DNA of 64,000 bases from Alphaproteobacteria bacterium (lineage in GTDB: Bacteria; Pseudomonadota; Alphaproteobacteria; JAEULC01): positions 74,907-138,906 of the forward strand of contig JAKLKW010000001.1 in assembly GCA_023150455.1 (NCBI GenBank), in the 5' to 3' direction. Positions 1-9,233 of the stretch are shown here, in pieces. The notes under the pieces were generated by a model. The model worked only from the letters and a program-made list of their open reading frames with translations, was not told the origin of the DNA and did not search any database. The translations under genes and the position numbers were made by a program. How positions within the stretch are numbered: position 1 is the first letter of the stretch; each line of letters begins with the position of its first letter.

Positions 1-61
1 CGGAACGCGCCGTCGCGGCGCGCGGGCGATGGCTGCGCGCCGCCGTCCGGAACCGGCATGA
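1..61 (+). CDS. 3' end of an upstream gene (5'-partial at window edge), ending TGA at 59-61 and overlapping the next start by ATGA
   Basis: Open frame from position 2 to TGA 59-61 (..RRRGARAMAARRRPEPA*); ATGA overlap with the permease start at 58. The product cannot be determined from 20 codons. Confidence 0.2.
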   Translation, partial: GTRRRGARAMAARRRPEPA

Positions 62-885
62 CCTCGCATAGCATCGTGGACAGCCGCAGGCTCGGGCGCT
101 GGGCGCTCAACGGCGCTGCCGGCGCCGTGCTCGGCTTCGTCCTGCTGCCGCTGTTCTTCGTCACCTGGCTCGCCTTCTTCCGCCAGGAGATTCCGTCGTT
201 TCCGCCCGACGGCTACAGCCTGCGCTGGTTCGCCTCCATCTGGAACAACCCGAAGTTCTTCGACGGCTTCCTGCTCAGCCTGCAGGTCGCGGTCACGGCC
301 ATGGTGGTCGGGCTGGTGATCGGTGTGCCGGCGGCGCTGTGCATCGCCCGCTTCCGCTTCGTCGGGCGCGAGGCGCTGAACAGCCTGCTGCTGCTGCCGC
401 TGGTCGTGCCGGGGATCGTGCTCGGCACCTCGATCTACGTGTTCCATGTCGAGGTGACGATCTGGACCGAGCTGCCGATCCTGGGCTCGATCGCCGGCCT
501 CGTCGCCGGCCACATCCTGATCGTGATCCCGTGGTGCGTCAGGCTGGTGACGGCGAGCCTCGCCGGTTTCGACCGCAGCATCGAGGAGGCGGCGCAGAAT
601 CTCGGCGCCACGCCGGTCCGGACCTTCTTCCGCGTGACGCTGCCGACCATCCGCCCGGGCATCGTCGCGGCGGCGCTGTTCGGCTTCGTCGTCTCGTTCG
701 GCAATCTCGAGATGACGCTGTTCCTGGTCGGCGCCGGCCGCACCACGCTGCCGATCGCCATCCTGCAGTACCTGGAATGGAAGATCGACCCGACCATCGC
801 CGCGGTCTCGGTGCTGCAGATCGGGCTGATCGCGGGCGCGATGATCGTCACCGACCGCTTCGTCAAGCTCTCGCGCGTGGTGTAG
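58..885 (+). CDS. ABC transporter permease (spermidine/putrescine-type, PotC-like inner-membrane subunit)
   Basis: 275-aa hydrophobic ORF with the ABC permease EAA loop (DRSIEEAAQNLGATPVRTFFRVTLP); immediately followed by an ABC ATPase. Confidence 0.85.
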   Translation: MTSHSIVDSRRLGRWALNGAAGAVLGFVLLPLFFVTWLAFFRQEIPSFPPDGYSLRWFASIWNNPKFFDGFLLSLQVAVTAMVVGLVIGVPAALCIARFRFVGREALNSLLLLPLVVPGIVLGTSIYVFHVEVTIWTELPILGSIAGLVAGHILIVIPWCVRLVTASLAGFDRSIEEAAQNLGATPVRTFFRVTLPTIRPGIVAAALFGFVVSFGNLEMTLFLVGAGRTTLPIAILQYLEWKIDPTIAAVSVLQIGLIAGAMIVTDRFVKLSRVV

Positions 886-889
886 GGAA

Positions 890-1960
890 ATGGCGCGACT
901 CGAACTGCATCATCTCTCCAAGCATTTCGGCCCCACGGTCGCGGTCAGCGACGTCACGCTCGACATCGCCGACGGCGAGTTCGTCGTGCTGCTGGGGCCG
1001 AGCGGCTGCGGCAAGACGACGACGCTGCGCATGATCGCCGGCTTCGTCGCGCCCACCGCCGGGCGCGTGCGCCTGGGCGGGCGCGAAGTGACGACGCTGC
1101 CGCCGTGGAAGCGCAACGCCGGCATGGTGTTCCAGAGCTACGCCTTGTTCCCACATCTGAGCGTGGCCGAGAACGTCGCCTTCGGCCTGGAGATGCGCAA
1201 GATCGCGCCGGCCGAGATCAAGCCGCGCGTCACCGAGGCGCTGCGCATGGTCCGGCTCGAGGGCTTCGCCGAGCGCCTGCCGCGCCAGCTCTCGGGCGGG
1301 CAGCAGCAGCGGGTGGCGCTGGCGCGCGCGCTCGCGATCCGGCCCGACGTGCTGCTGCTGGACGAGCCGCTGTCGAACCTCGACGCCAAGCTGCGCGAGA
1401 CGGTGCGCGTGGAGATCCGCGAGCTGCAGCGCCAGCTCGGCATCACCACGGTGATGGTGACGCACGACCAGGAAGAGGCGCTGATCATGGCCGACCGGCT
1501 GGTGGTCATGTCCGAGGGCGAGGTGCGCCAGGTCGGCTCGCAGCGCGACCTCTACGAGCGCCCGGCCGACCGCTTCGTCGCCGGCGTCGTCGGCCGCAGC
1601 AACATCCTGCCGGGCAAGGTGGTCGAGCCCGGCCGGTTCGAGACCCAAGGCGGCATCCGGATCGCCTGCGCCGGCGGCCAGGCCGGCCCGGCGGTGATCG
1701 CGCTCCGGCCCGAGCGGCTGGCGCTCGGGCCCGCGGCCCAGGGCCTCACCAACCGCCTGCACGGCACGGTCGAGTTCGTCTCCTATCTCGGCGCCAACAT
1801 CGACGTGCACGTGCGCGTCTCGGCGGCCGACCGCGTCGTGGTAAGCCAGCCGAACCGCGCGGACGGGAGACTGCCGAGCGAGGGCGACAAGGTCGAGGTC
1901 GGCTGGCCGGCCGAGGCCGGGGTCGTGTTTGCGGAGGAGGCCGGCAGGCCGCAGGCCTGA
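890..1960 (+). CDS. ABC transporter ATP-binding protein (PotA/MalK-like, with C-terminal TOBE-like domain)
   Basis: Walker A GPSGCGKTT, ABC signature LSGGQQQRVALARAL, Walker B LLLDEP, H-loop VTHD; 356 aa. Confidence 0.9.
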   Translation: MARLELHHLSKHFGPTVAVSDVTLDIADGEFVVLLGPSGCGKTTTLRMIAGFVAPTAGRVRLGGREVTTLPPWKRNAGMVFQSYALFPHLSVAENVAFGLEMRKIAPAEIKPRVTEALRMVRLEGFAERLPRQLSGGQQQRVALARALAIRPDVLLLDEPLSNLDAKLRETVRVEIRELQRQLGITTVMVTHDQEEALIMADRLVVMSEGEVRQVGSQRDLYERPADRFVAGVVGRSNILPGKVVEPGRFETQGGIRIACAGGQAGPAVIALRPERLALGPAAQGLTNRLHGTVEFVSYLGANIDVHVRVSAADRVVVSQPNRADGRLPSEGDKVEVGWPAEAGVVFAEEAGRPQA

Positions 1961-2006
1961 CGCGCCGGAGACGTTCGACAACGGATTCAACAGGAGGAGA
2001 GACAGG

Positions 2007-3092
2007 ATGACCAAACGTCTGGGGACACCCACCATCATCACCCGCCGCGACGCGCTGAAGGGCGGCGCCGCGGCCGTGGCCGGTGCGAGCGCGCTCGGCA
2101 TCTTCGGGCCGACGGGCCAGGCCCTTGCGCAGAACAAGAAGGTCGTGCTCGGCACCTGGGGCGGCGACTACTCCAAGCTGCTGGCCAAGAACATCTCCAC
2201 CCCGCTGATGGCGCCCAAGGGCTGGGAGATGGTGCACGACGACCTCGGCAGCCAGCAGCGCAAGACCAAGGTGCAGGCCGAGGCGCGCCTGCCCAAGGGC
2301 ACCTCCGACATACAGGCGCTCGCCGACACCGACATCGGAGAGCTGACGCAGCTCGGCCTGCTGGAGAAGCTCGACCCGTCGAAGTTCCCGAACTCCAAGA
2401 ACATCCTGAAGAACTTCAGCGTCGACAAGGGCTCGTACATCTCGCCGCACATCTACAGCGGCAAGGTCGTGCTCTACAACCCGAAGATGATCCCGACGCC
2501 GCCGACCAAGATCGCCGACCTGTGGGATCCCAAGCACCAGGGCAAGGTCGGCGTGATCGACATCCAGTTCAACTACACGACCATGGCCGCGGCGCTGGCG
2601 GGCGGCGGCAAGACCGGCGACTTCGAGACCGCCAAGAAGATGCTGCTGGAGCTGAAGAAGCTGAAGCCGCGGATCTATCCGACCAACGAGGCGCTGGCGC
2701 AAGGCCTCAAGACCGAGGAGATCGGCCTCTGCATCATGTGGAAGGCGCGCGCGGTGCAGTGGCAGAACGCCGGCATCCCGGTGCAGACCGTCGCGCCGAA
2801 GGACGGCATCATCACCTACATGTCGGGTTTCACCATCCCGAAGAACGCGCCGAACAAGGAAGGCGCCTATGCCTTCCTCAACGCCGCGCTCGAGCCGTCG
2901 GCGCAGGAGGCCTTCGCGGTCGACATGGGCTACAACCCTGTCGTCAGCAACGCCAAGGTCGCGCCGGACCTCAGGAAGCGCATCGGCTTCTCCGAGGAAG
3001 AGGCGGCGCTGCTGGTCAACCCCGACCTCGAGTTCCTGACCAAGAAGGGCCCGGACCTGCGCGACTTCTGGGACAAGCAGTTCAAGGCCTGA
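2007..3092 (+). CDS. Periplasmic substrate-binding protein of the ABC transporter (PotD/PotF-like, family 1 SBP) with a Tat-type signal
   Basis: Internal ATG at 2007 gives MTKRLGTPTIITRRDALKGGAAAVAGASALG (twin-arginine signal) and then a typical polyamine-type SBP body; the upstream part of ORF 1929 overlaps the ATPase gene. Confidence 0.8.
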   Translation: MTKRLGTPTIITRRDALKGGAAAVAGASALGIFGPTGQALAQNKKVVLGTWGGDYSKLLAKNISTPLMAPKGWEMVHDDLGSQQRKTKVQAEARLPKGTSDIQALADTDIGELTQLGLLEKLDPSKFPNSKNILKNFSVDKGSYISPHIYSGKVVLYNPKMIPTPPTKIADLWDPKHQGKVGVIDIQFNYTTMAAALAGGGKTGDFETAKKMLLELKKLKPRIYPTNEALAQGLKTEEIGLCIMWKARAVQWQNAGIPVQTVAPKDGIITYMSGFTIPKNAPNKEGAYAFLNAALEPSAQEAFAVDMGYNPVVSNAKVAPDLRKRIGFSEEEAALLVNPDLEFLTKKGPDLRDFWDKQFKA

Positions 3093-3117
3093 GCATCGAG
3101 ACGCCGCGGATACGGAC

Positions 3118-4020
3118 ATGACCGCGTCCGCCACGGCCGGCACGCTGCAGTCGCTCGCCGCGCGCGAAATGCGCGGCGGGCGGCTGTCGACCGCCGGGTT
3201 CCTCATCGGTCCGGCGACGATCTTCGTCACCGTCGGCCTGCTGTTCCCGATCCTGTTCCTGTTCCGCTACAGCCTGAACGACTTCAAGCCCGGCGTGCTG
3301 ATGATCGATGCGTTCACGATCAAGCAGTACGTCCTGTTCTTCACCGACCCCTATTTCACCGCCGCGTTCTACCGCACGCTGCGCGTCGCCGTGGTCGTCA
3401 CCGCGATCTGCGTGGTCCTGGCGTTTCCGCTCGCCTACGTGATCGCGCGCACGCAGAGCCGCTGGAAGCACCTGCTGATCATGCTGGTCGTCCTGCCGCT
3501 GTTCGTCGGCAACGCGGTGCGCGCGGCGGGCTGGATGACGCTGTTCGGCAACAAGGGCTTCCTCAACGTCAGCCTGCAGTGGCTTGGTCTGATCGACGAG
3601 CCGCTGCGCATCATGTTCACCGAGACCGCCGTGATCGTCGGCATCCTGGCGGTGAACCTGCCCTATGTCGTGCTGACCCTGCAGAGCGTGATCGAAGGCA
3701 TCGACCGCGCGGTCGAGGAGGCCGCCTTCAGCCTGGGCGCGGGGCCCATGACCATGTTCCGGCGCGTGCTGCTGCCGCTGGCGCTGCCGGGCTTCGTCGC
3801 CGGCGGCATCTTCTGCTTCATCCTGACGATGAACGCCTATGCCACGCCGGTGCTGCTGGGCGGGCCGCAATTCGTCATGATGGGGCCGCTCGTCTACATC
3901 CAGTTCGCGATCAAGAGCAACTGGCCGCTGGGCAGCGCGGTGGCCTTCATCCTGATGGCGGCGACCCTCGTCCTGACGGCCGCCGCCAATCTCGTCGTGC
4001 AGCGTCGCTATCGACGGTAA
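3118..4020 (+). CDS. ABC transporter permease (PotB-like second inner-membrane subunit)
   Basis: 300-aa multi-TM ORF with EAA loop (DRAVEEAAFSLGAGPMTMFRRVLLP). Confidence 0.85.
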   Translation: MTASATAGTLQSLAAREMRGGRLSTAGFLIGPATIFVTVGLLFPILFLFRYSLNDFKPGVLMIDAFTIKQYVLFFTDPYFTAAFYRTLRVAVVVTAICVVLAFPLAYVIARTQSRWKHLLIMLVVLPLFVGNAVRAAGWMTLFGNKGFLNVSLQWLGLIDEPLRIMFTETAVIVGILAVNLPYVVLTLQSVIEGIDRAVEEAAFSLGAGPMTMFRRVLLPLALPGFVAGGIFCFILTMNAYATPVLLGGPQFVMMGPLVYIQFAIKSNWPLGSAVAFILMAATLVLTAAANLVVQRRYRR

Positions 4021-4046
4021 TTCCGACGCGGCGCGGTTTCGGATCG

Positions 4047-7000
4047 ATGCGGCGCGCCTTCCGGCGCGCCCGTGAAGGGGAGAGAACGGCCTTGGCGACC
4101 AGCGTAGAGGGGATCCAGGCGAGCCTGCTCGGCAGCCTGGACTGGCGTCTCATCGGCCCGCATCGCGGCGGGCGCGTGGTGGCCGTCGCCGGTTGCCCGG
4201 CGGACCCCGCCACGTTCTATTTCGGCGCCTGCGCCGGCGGCGTGTGGAAAACGACCGATGCCGGCCAGACCTGGCTTTGCACGACCGACGGTTTCTTCCG
4301 CACCGCCGCGGTCGGCGCGATCGCCGTGGCGCCTTCGGCGCCCAACGTCATCTATGCCGGCACCGGCGAGGCCTGCATCCGCAACGACGTCTCGCATGGC
4401 GACGGCATCTACAAGTCGGTCGACGCGGGCAAGACCTGGACCCATCTCGGCCTCGACGACACGCGCCACATCGGCCGCATCGTCGTGCATCCGGCCAACC
4501 CGGAACTGGTCTATGTCGCAGCGCTCGGCCATGCCTGGGGCCGCAACAGGCAGCGCGGCGTGTTCCGCTCCAAGGACGGCGGCAGGACCTGGGAGAACGT
4601 GCTCTACAAGAGCGACCGCGCCGGCTCGCACGACATCGCGCTCGATCCGGTCAACCCCAACGTCCTCTATGCGCCGATCTGGCAGGCGCAGCGCTACCCG
4701 CATGCGCTGATCAGCGGCGGCGAGGAGTGCGGCCTGTGGCGGTCGGCCGACGGCGGCGATACCTGGACCGACATCTCGCGCAGCGCCGGCCTGCCCAAGG
4801 GCATGCTCGGCAAGATCGGCGTCGCCGTCTCGCCCGAGCCGGTCGGCGGACGCGGCTACGGCCGCGTCTGGGCGCTGGTCGAGGCCGAGGACGGCGCCAT
4901 GTTCCGCTCCGACGACGGCGGCCGGAGCTTCGAGCGCGCGTCCGAGTTCTCGGGGCTGCGCACGCGGCCCTGGTACTACATGCACGTGACCGCCGATCCG
5001 CAGGATCCCGACACGGTCTACGTGCAGAACTACCGGCTGTGGAAGTCGATCGACGCCGGCAGGACCTTCCTGCAGGTGCCCACGCCGCACGGCGACGACC
5101 ATGCGCTGTGGATCGACCCGAAGAACCCGAAGCGCATGATCGAGGGCAACGACGGCGGCGCCTGCGTTTCGTTCACCGGCGGCCAGTCCTGGTCGTCGAT
5201 CTACAACCAGCCGACCGCGCAGCTCTACCACGTCACGACCGACGACCGCTTTCCCTATCGCGTCTATGCCTCGCAGCAGGACAACACCGCGATCAGCATC
5301 CCCAGCGCCTCGCCGATCGGGGCCATCACCGAGCGCGACTGGATCAAGCCGGGCGGCGGCGAGAGCGGCTACATCGCCATCAAGCACGACAACCCCGACC
5401 TGGTGGTCGCCTCCGGCCCGATCGGACGGCGCTCGCCCAACGACGTCATGTACCTGTTCGACCACAAGACCGGGCAGGACTGGCAGAACACCGTCTGGCC
5501 CGAGCTCTACGGCTGGGGCGTCGGCGCCGAGACCCTCCGGTACCGCTTCAACTGGACCTTCCCGATCCACTACAGCCGGCACGATCCCGACGTGCTGTGG
5601 GTATGCTCGCAGCACCTGCACCGCTCGCGCGACAACGGCGCGAGCTGGGAAGTGGTCAGCCCCGACCTGACGCGCAACGACAAGTCCAGGCTCAAGCCCT
5701 CGGGCGGCCCGGTCACGCGCGACAACACCGGCGCCGAAGTCTATTGCACGATCTTCGCGCTGGCCGAGTCGCCGCAGCGCCGCAACTGGCTGTGGTGCGG
5801 CACCGATGACGGCCTCGTGCACCGCTCCAGGGACGGCGGCAAGCGCTGGGACAACATCACGCCCGACGGCCGGAACGCGAAGGTCGATGGCGCCAAGGCG
5901 AACGCCCTGCCGGAGTGGGCGCTGATCAGCATCGTCGAGGCCTCGCCGCATCACCAGGACGCCTGCTACGTCGCGGCGACGCGCTACAAGCTCGACGACA
6001 CCAGGCCCTATCTCTACAAGACCGCGGACGGCGGCAAGAGCTGGACCAAGATCACGGGCGACATCCCCGACGGCGAGTTCACGCGCACGATCCGCGAGGA
6101 TCCCAGCCGCCGCGGCCTGCTCTATTGCGGCACCGAGACCGGCATCTACGTCTCGTTCGACGACGGCGGCCAGTGGCATCGCCTGGGCGGCAACCTGCCC
6201 GTGGCGCCGATCTACGACCTCGTCGTCAAGGGCGTCGAGATGGTGGTGGCGACCCATGGCCGGTCGATCTGGATCCTCGACGACCTCACGCCGTTCCATC
6301 AGCTCTACGACCTGCTCAGGGAAAAGAAGGGCGGCAAGCCGGCGGCGCACCTGTTCCAGCCGCGCTCGCGCGTGCGCATGCGGGTGATCGGCGGGTTCGG
6401 CGGGATCGCCGCGCAGGCGACCGCGTCGCGCGGGCCCGCCTGGCCGGGGATGATCTCCTATCCGCGCACCGGCACCAACGTGATCCGCGTCCTGCCGCTG
6501 AAGCAGCCGGACGGCAGCTACGACAACCTGCTGCTCGATTCGGGCAGGAACCCGCCCTACGGCGTGGTCGTGCAGTACTACCTGCCCGATAAGCCGAAGG
6601 GCGGCGCAAGCCTGACCTTCCTCGACGAGAAGGGCAGGGAACTCCGGCACTATGCCGGCGTGCCGGCCGAGCCGGGCGTCAACCGGTTCCTGTGGAACCG
6701 GCGTCTCGACGGCGCGCCCAACGTGCTGGCGAAGGACCTGGAGCCATGGAACCGCCCCGACGGCGCCATGGTCGTACCCGGCCGCTATGCGGTGCGCCTG
6801 ACCGTCGACGGCGACAGCCGGACGCAGCCCTTCGAGATCGAGCGCGACCCGCGCGTGAAGACGCGGCTTTCCGACCTCAAGGCGCAGTTCGTCTTCCTCG
6901 GCGAGATCATCGCCAGGCTCACGGCGGTCAACACGATGATCAACGACGTCGACGCGCTGCTGGCGCAGCTCGCCTTGCTCGATCGCCGCGCGGGCGGGCG

Positions 7001-7304
7001 CGCCGCCGTGCGCGACGGTGCGGCGAAGCTTGCAGCAGAGCTGCGCGCGATCCGCGGCGCGCTGATCGACGTGCATTATCCCGGCGCCCAGCTCTACGCG
7101 AGCGGCCTGCACGAAAAGCTCAACGGCTTGTTCGACACGGTCGACAGCGGCGATTTCGCCCCCGCGCAGCAGACGCGCGACGTCTATGCCGTGCTCAGCG
7201 CCGAGCTGGACGCGCTAACGACGCGCTGGCAGCGCGTGCGCGACAAGTCGCTGCCCGCGCTCAACGCCGCCATGGCCCAGTCCGGCTTGGCGGCGATCGG
7301 ATGA
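4047..7304 (+). CDS. Large BNR/Asp-box repeat beta-propeller protein (sortilin/VPS10-like or GH74-like glycosyl hydrolase fold), about 1085 aa
   Basis: At least 10 Asp-box motifs S-x-D-x-G-x-T/S-W/F (SVDAGKTW, SKDGGRTW, SADGGDTW, SDDGGRSF, SIDAGRTF, SRDNGASW, SRDGGKRW, TADGGKSW, FDDGGQW...). Start set at the first in-frame ATG after the preceding gene's stop (4047); the 5' part of ORF 3579 overlaps the permease in another frame. Confidence 0.7.
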   Translation: MRRAFRRAREGERTALATSVEGIQASLLGSLDWRLIGPHRGGRVVAVAGCPADPATFYFGACAGGVWKTTDAGQTWLCTTDGFFRTAAVGAIAVAPSAPNVIYAGTGEACIRNDVSHGDGIYKSVDAGKTWTHLGLDDTRHIGRIVVHPANPELVYVAALGHAWGRNRQRGVFRSKDGGRTWENVLYKSDRAGSHDIALDPVNPNVLYAPIWQAQRYPHALISGGEECGLWRSADGGDTWTDISRSAGLPKGMLGKIGVAVSPEPVGGRGYGRVWALVEAEDGAMFRSDDGGRSFERASEFSGLRTRPWYYMHVTADPQDPDTVYVQNYRLWKSIDAGRTFLQVPTPHGDDHALWIDPKNPKRMIEGNDGGACVSFTGGQSWSSIYNQPTAQLYHVTTDDRFPYRVYASQQDNTAISIPSASPIGAITERDWIKPGGGESGYIAIKHDNPDLVVASGPIGRRSPNDVMYLFDHKTGQDWQNTVWPELYGWGVGAETLRYRFNWTFPIHYSRHDPDVLWVCSQHLHRSRDNGASWEVVSPDLTRNDKSRLKPSGGPVTRDNTGAEVYCTIFALAESPQRRNWLWCGTDDGLVHRSRDGGKRWDNITPDGRNAKVDGAKANALPEWALISIVEASPHHQDACYVAATRYKLDDTRPYLYKTADGGKSWTKITGDIPDGEFTRTIREDPSRRGLLYCGTETGIYVSFDDGGQWHRLGGNLPVAPIYDLVVKGVEMVVATHGRSIWILDDLTPFHQLYDLLREKKGGKPAAHLFQPRSRVRMRVIGGFGGIAAQATASRGPAWPGMISYPRTGTNVIRVLPLKQPDGSYDNLLLDSGRNPPYGVVVQYYLPDKPKGGASLTFLDEKGRELRHYAGVPAEPGVNRFLWNRRLDGAPNVLAKDLEPWNRPDGAMVVPGRYAVRLTVDGDSRTQPFEIERDPRVKTRLSDLKAQFVFLGEIIARLTAVNTMINDVDALLAQLALLDRRAGGRAAVRDGAAKLAAELRAIRGALIDVHYPGAQLYASGLHEKLNGLFDTVDSGDFAPAQQTRDVYAVLSAELDALTTRWQRVRDKSLPALNAAMAQSGLAAIG

Positions 7305-7326
7305 TCGCGATATTTGACTCGTCATG

Positions 7327-7356
7327 CCCCTCGCCCGCGCGCAGCGCGGGAGAGGG
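7327..7356 (+). terminator. GC-rich hairpin downstream of the BNR gene (possible intrinsic terminator)
   Basis: CCCCTCGCCCGCGC-GCAG-CGCGGGAGAGGG imperfect inverted repeat 22 nt after the stop, followed by TTGAAAAC (weak T tract). Confidence 0.3.
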
Positions 7357-7378
7357 TTGAAAACGAAGGAGGTCAGCC

Positions 7379-7588
7379 ATGTTCACGCTGCTGAAGTCGC
7401 TCAAGGACCGCCAGGTCTGGCTCAGCGAACCGGTCAGCTTCGTCGCCGCGCTGGTGATCGCGGAGCTGTTCTACAAGTTCAAGAGCTTCCTGCTCGAGAC
7501 CGGCGCCTTCCTGGTGACCTGGTTCGTGCTGGGCGCCATCATCCACATGGTGGCGAAGCTGGTCCTGCCGAACCCGAGCCGCCGCTAG
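7379..7588 (+). CDS. Small hydrophobic protein (69 aa, two predicted TM segments), hypothetical
   Basis: Strong SD (GAAGGAGG) 6 nt upstream of ATG 7379; GC3-rich codon usage like its neighbours; hydrophobic sequence FVAALVIAELFY...LVTWFVLGAIIHMVAKLV. Confidence 0.45.
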   Translation: MFTLLKSLKDRQVWLSEPVSFVAALVIAELFYKFKSFLLETGAFLVTWFVLGAIIHMVAKLVLPNPSRR

Positions 7589-7595
7589 GCGATCC

Positions 7596-9230
7596 ATGTC
7601 CAGGCCCGCGCGGCGGCTGCCGGCCGCCCGCTCGATGATCACCGCGCCTCAGCCGGAAGCGGTCGAGGCGGGCGCGGACATGCTGCGCGCCGGCGGCAAC
7701 GCGCTCGACGCGGCGCTCGCCTGCGCCTTCACGCAAGGCGTGGTCGATCCGCTGATGAGCGGCGTCGGCGGGCTCGGCAGCCTGCAGATCTACGATCCGA
7801 AGACAGGCGCCAATCTCGTGCTCGACGGGCTGTCCACCTGTCCCGGCAGCTCGACGCCCGGGATGTGGGCGCATCTGTTCGAGCGCGAATGCGCCGACGG
7901 CTATGGCTTCGTGCTCAAGGGCGGCGTCAACGAGCTGGGACATGCTTCCGTCACCACGCCGGGCATCCTGCGCGTCTTCGGCCTCGCCCATGGCCGGTTC
8001 GGCCGCAAGCCCTGGGAGCAACTCTTCGAGTCCGCCATCGCCGCGGCCGAAGAGGGCTGGATCGTGCGGGCGCATGTCTACACCATGTTTTCGCTCGACG
8101 AGGCGTGGCTCGGGCGGCTGCCCTATCGCACGAAGCTCGCCTTCACACCTGACGGGGCGCGGCTCTACCTGCGGCCGGACGGCACGCCGAAGCGCGTCGG
8201 CGACGCGGTGCGCAACCCGGAGCTGGCCGGGACCTTGCGCGGGATCGCGCGCGACGGCGCGGAGAGCTTCTACACCGGCGCGATCGCCCGGCGCATCGTC
8301 GCGGACATGGAGGCGCATGCCGGCCCGTTGACGCATGACGACCTCAAGAACTTCAAGCCGCGCGCCGAGGAGCCGCTGAAGGTCGCCTATCGGGGCCGCG
8401 TCCTCGCCCTGCCGCCGCCGCCTGCGGGCGGCATCGTCGTGGCCGAGATGCTGCGCATCCTCGAGCATTTCGACCTCGTGTCGCTCGGCCACAACGGCGC
8501 CGAGTACATCCGCGTGGTCGCCGAGGCGATGAAGATCGCCGGGCGCGACAAGGAGAGCCATATCGGCGACCCCGACTTCCAGGCGGCGCCGCTCGACCGC
8601 CTGCTGTCGGACGACTATGCGGCGCAATGCGCCGCCGGCATCAGGCGCGGCGACAAGGTCGACTTCGCGCGCATGACCGGCGATGCCAAGGGCACGACGA
8701 CGGTAAGCTGCGTCGATGCCGACGGCATGGTCGTTTCCCTCACGCACACGCTCGGCACGCCGTCCGGCGTGATCGTGCCCGGCACCGGCTTCATGCTGAA
8801 CGGCGCCATGAACTGGTACGACCCGCGGCCCGGCCGGGCCGGCTCGATCGCGCCGGGCAAGCGGCGCTTCTCGTCGCTGACGCCGACCATCGTGTTCGAG
8901 GGCGGCAAGCCGGTCGCGACCGTGGCCTCGCCCGGCGGCGCCTGGATCGGCGTCGCCATCCTGCAGGTCATCCTCAACGTGTTCGACTGGGGCATGACGA
9001 TGCAGGAGGCCGTGCAGGCGCCGCGCTTCTCGGCCACGACCAACACGATCGACATCGGCAACCGCATCCCGCGCCGCGTGGAGCGCGAGCTTCAGGCGAT
9101 GGGCTACGCGGTCAAGCGCTGGCCCGCGACCTTCCCGTTCGCCGCGCCGCACGGCATCACCATGTTCGACGGCATTCTCGAAGGCGGCGCCGACCCGCAG
9201 CGCGACGGGTATGTCGCGGGCGTGGCGTAG
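7596..9230 (+). CDS. ggt: Gamma-glutamyltransferase family protein (GGT/Ntn-hydrolase), no obvious signal peptide
   Basis: N-terminal GGT block (APQPEAVEAGADMLRAGGNALDAALA...SGVGG) and the autoprocessing region TTTVSCVDADGMVVSLTHTLG..SGVIVPGTGFMLNG. Confidence 0.85.
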   Translation: MSRPARRLPAARSMITAPQPEAVEAGADMLRAGGNALDAALACAFTQGVVDPLMSGVGGLGSLQIYDPKTGANLVLDGLSTCPGSSTPGMWAHLFERECADGYGFVLKGGVNELGHASVTTPGILRVFGLAHGRFGRKPWEQLFESAIAAAEEGWIVRAHVYTMFSLDEAWLGRLPYRTKLAFTPDGARLYLRPDGTPKRVGDAVRNPELAGTLRGIARDGAESFYTGAIARRIVADMEAHAGPLTHDDLKNFKPRAEEPLKVAYRGRVLALPPPPAGGIVVAEMLRILEHFDLVSLGHNGAEYIRVVAEAMKIAGRDKESHIGDPDFQAAPLDRLLSDDYAAQCAAGIRRGDKVDFARMTGDAKGTTTVSCVDADGMVVSLTHTLGTPSGVIVPGTGFMLNGAMNWYDPRPGRAGSIAPGKRRFSSLTPTIVFEGGKPVATVASPGGAWIGVAILQVILNVFDWGMTMQEAVQAPRFSATTNTIDIGNRIPRRVERELQAMGYAVKRWPATFPFAAPHGITMFDGILEGGADPQRDGYVAGVA

Positions 9231-9233
9231 GGA

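Noticed and set aside
4008-7112. 1034-aa minus-strand ORF
   Set aside because: Fully antisense to the BNR-repeat gene; Arg/Ala/Gly-rich low-complexity translation typical of GC-rich antisense frames.
7539-9152. 537-aa minus-strand ORF and other long ORFs antisense to ggt (for example 7903..8331, 8627..9247)
   Set aside because: Antisense or out-of-frame to a well-supported GGT gene; no motifs.
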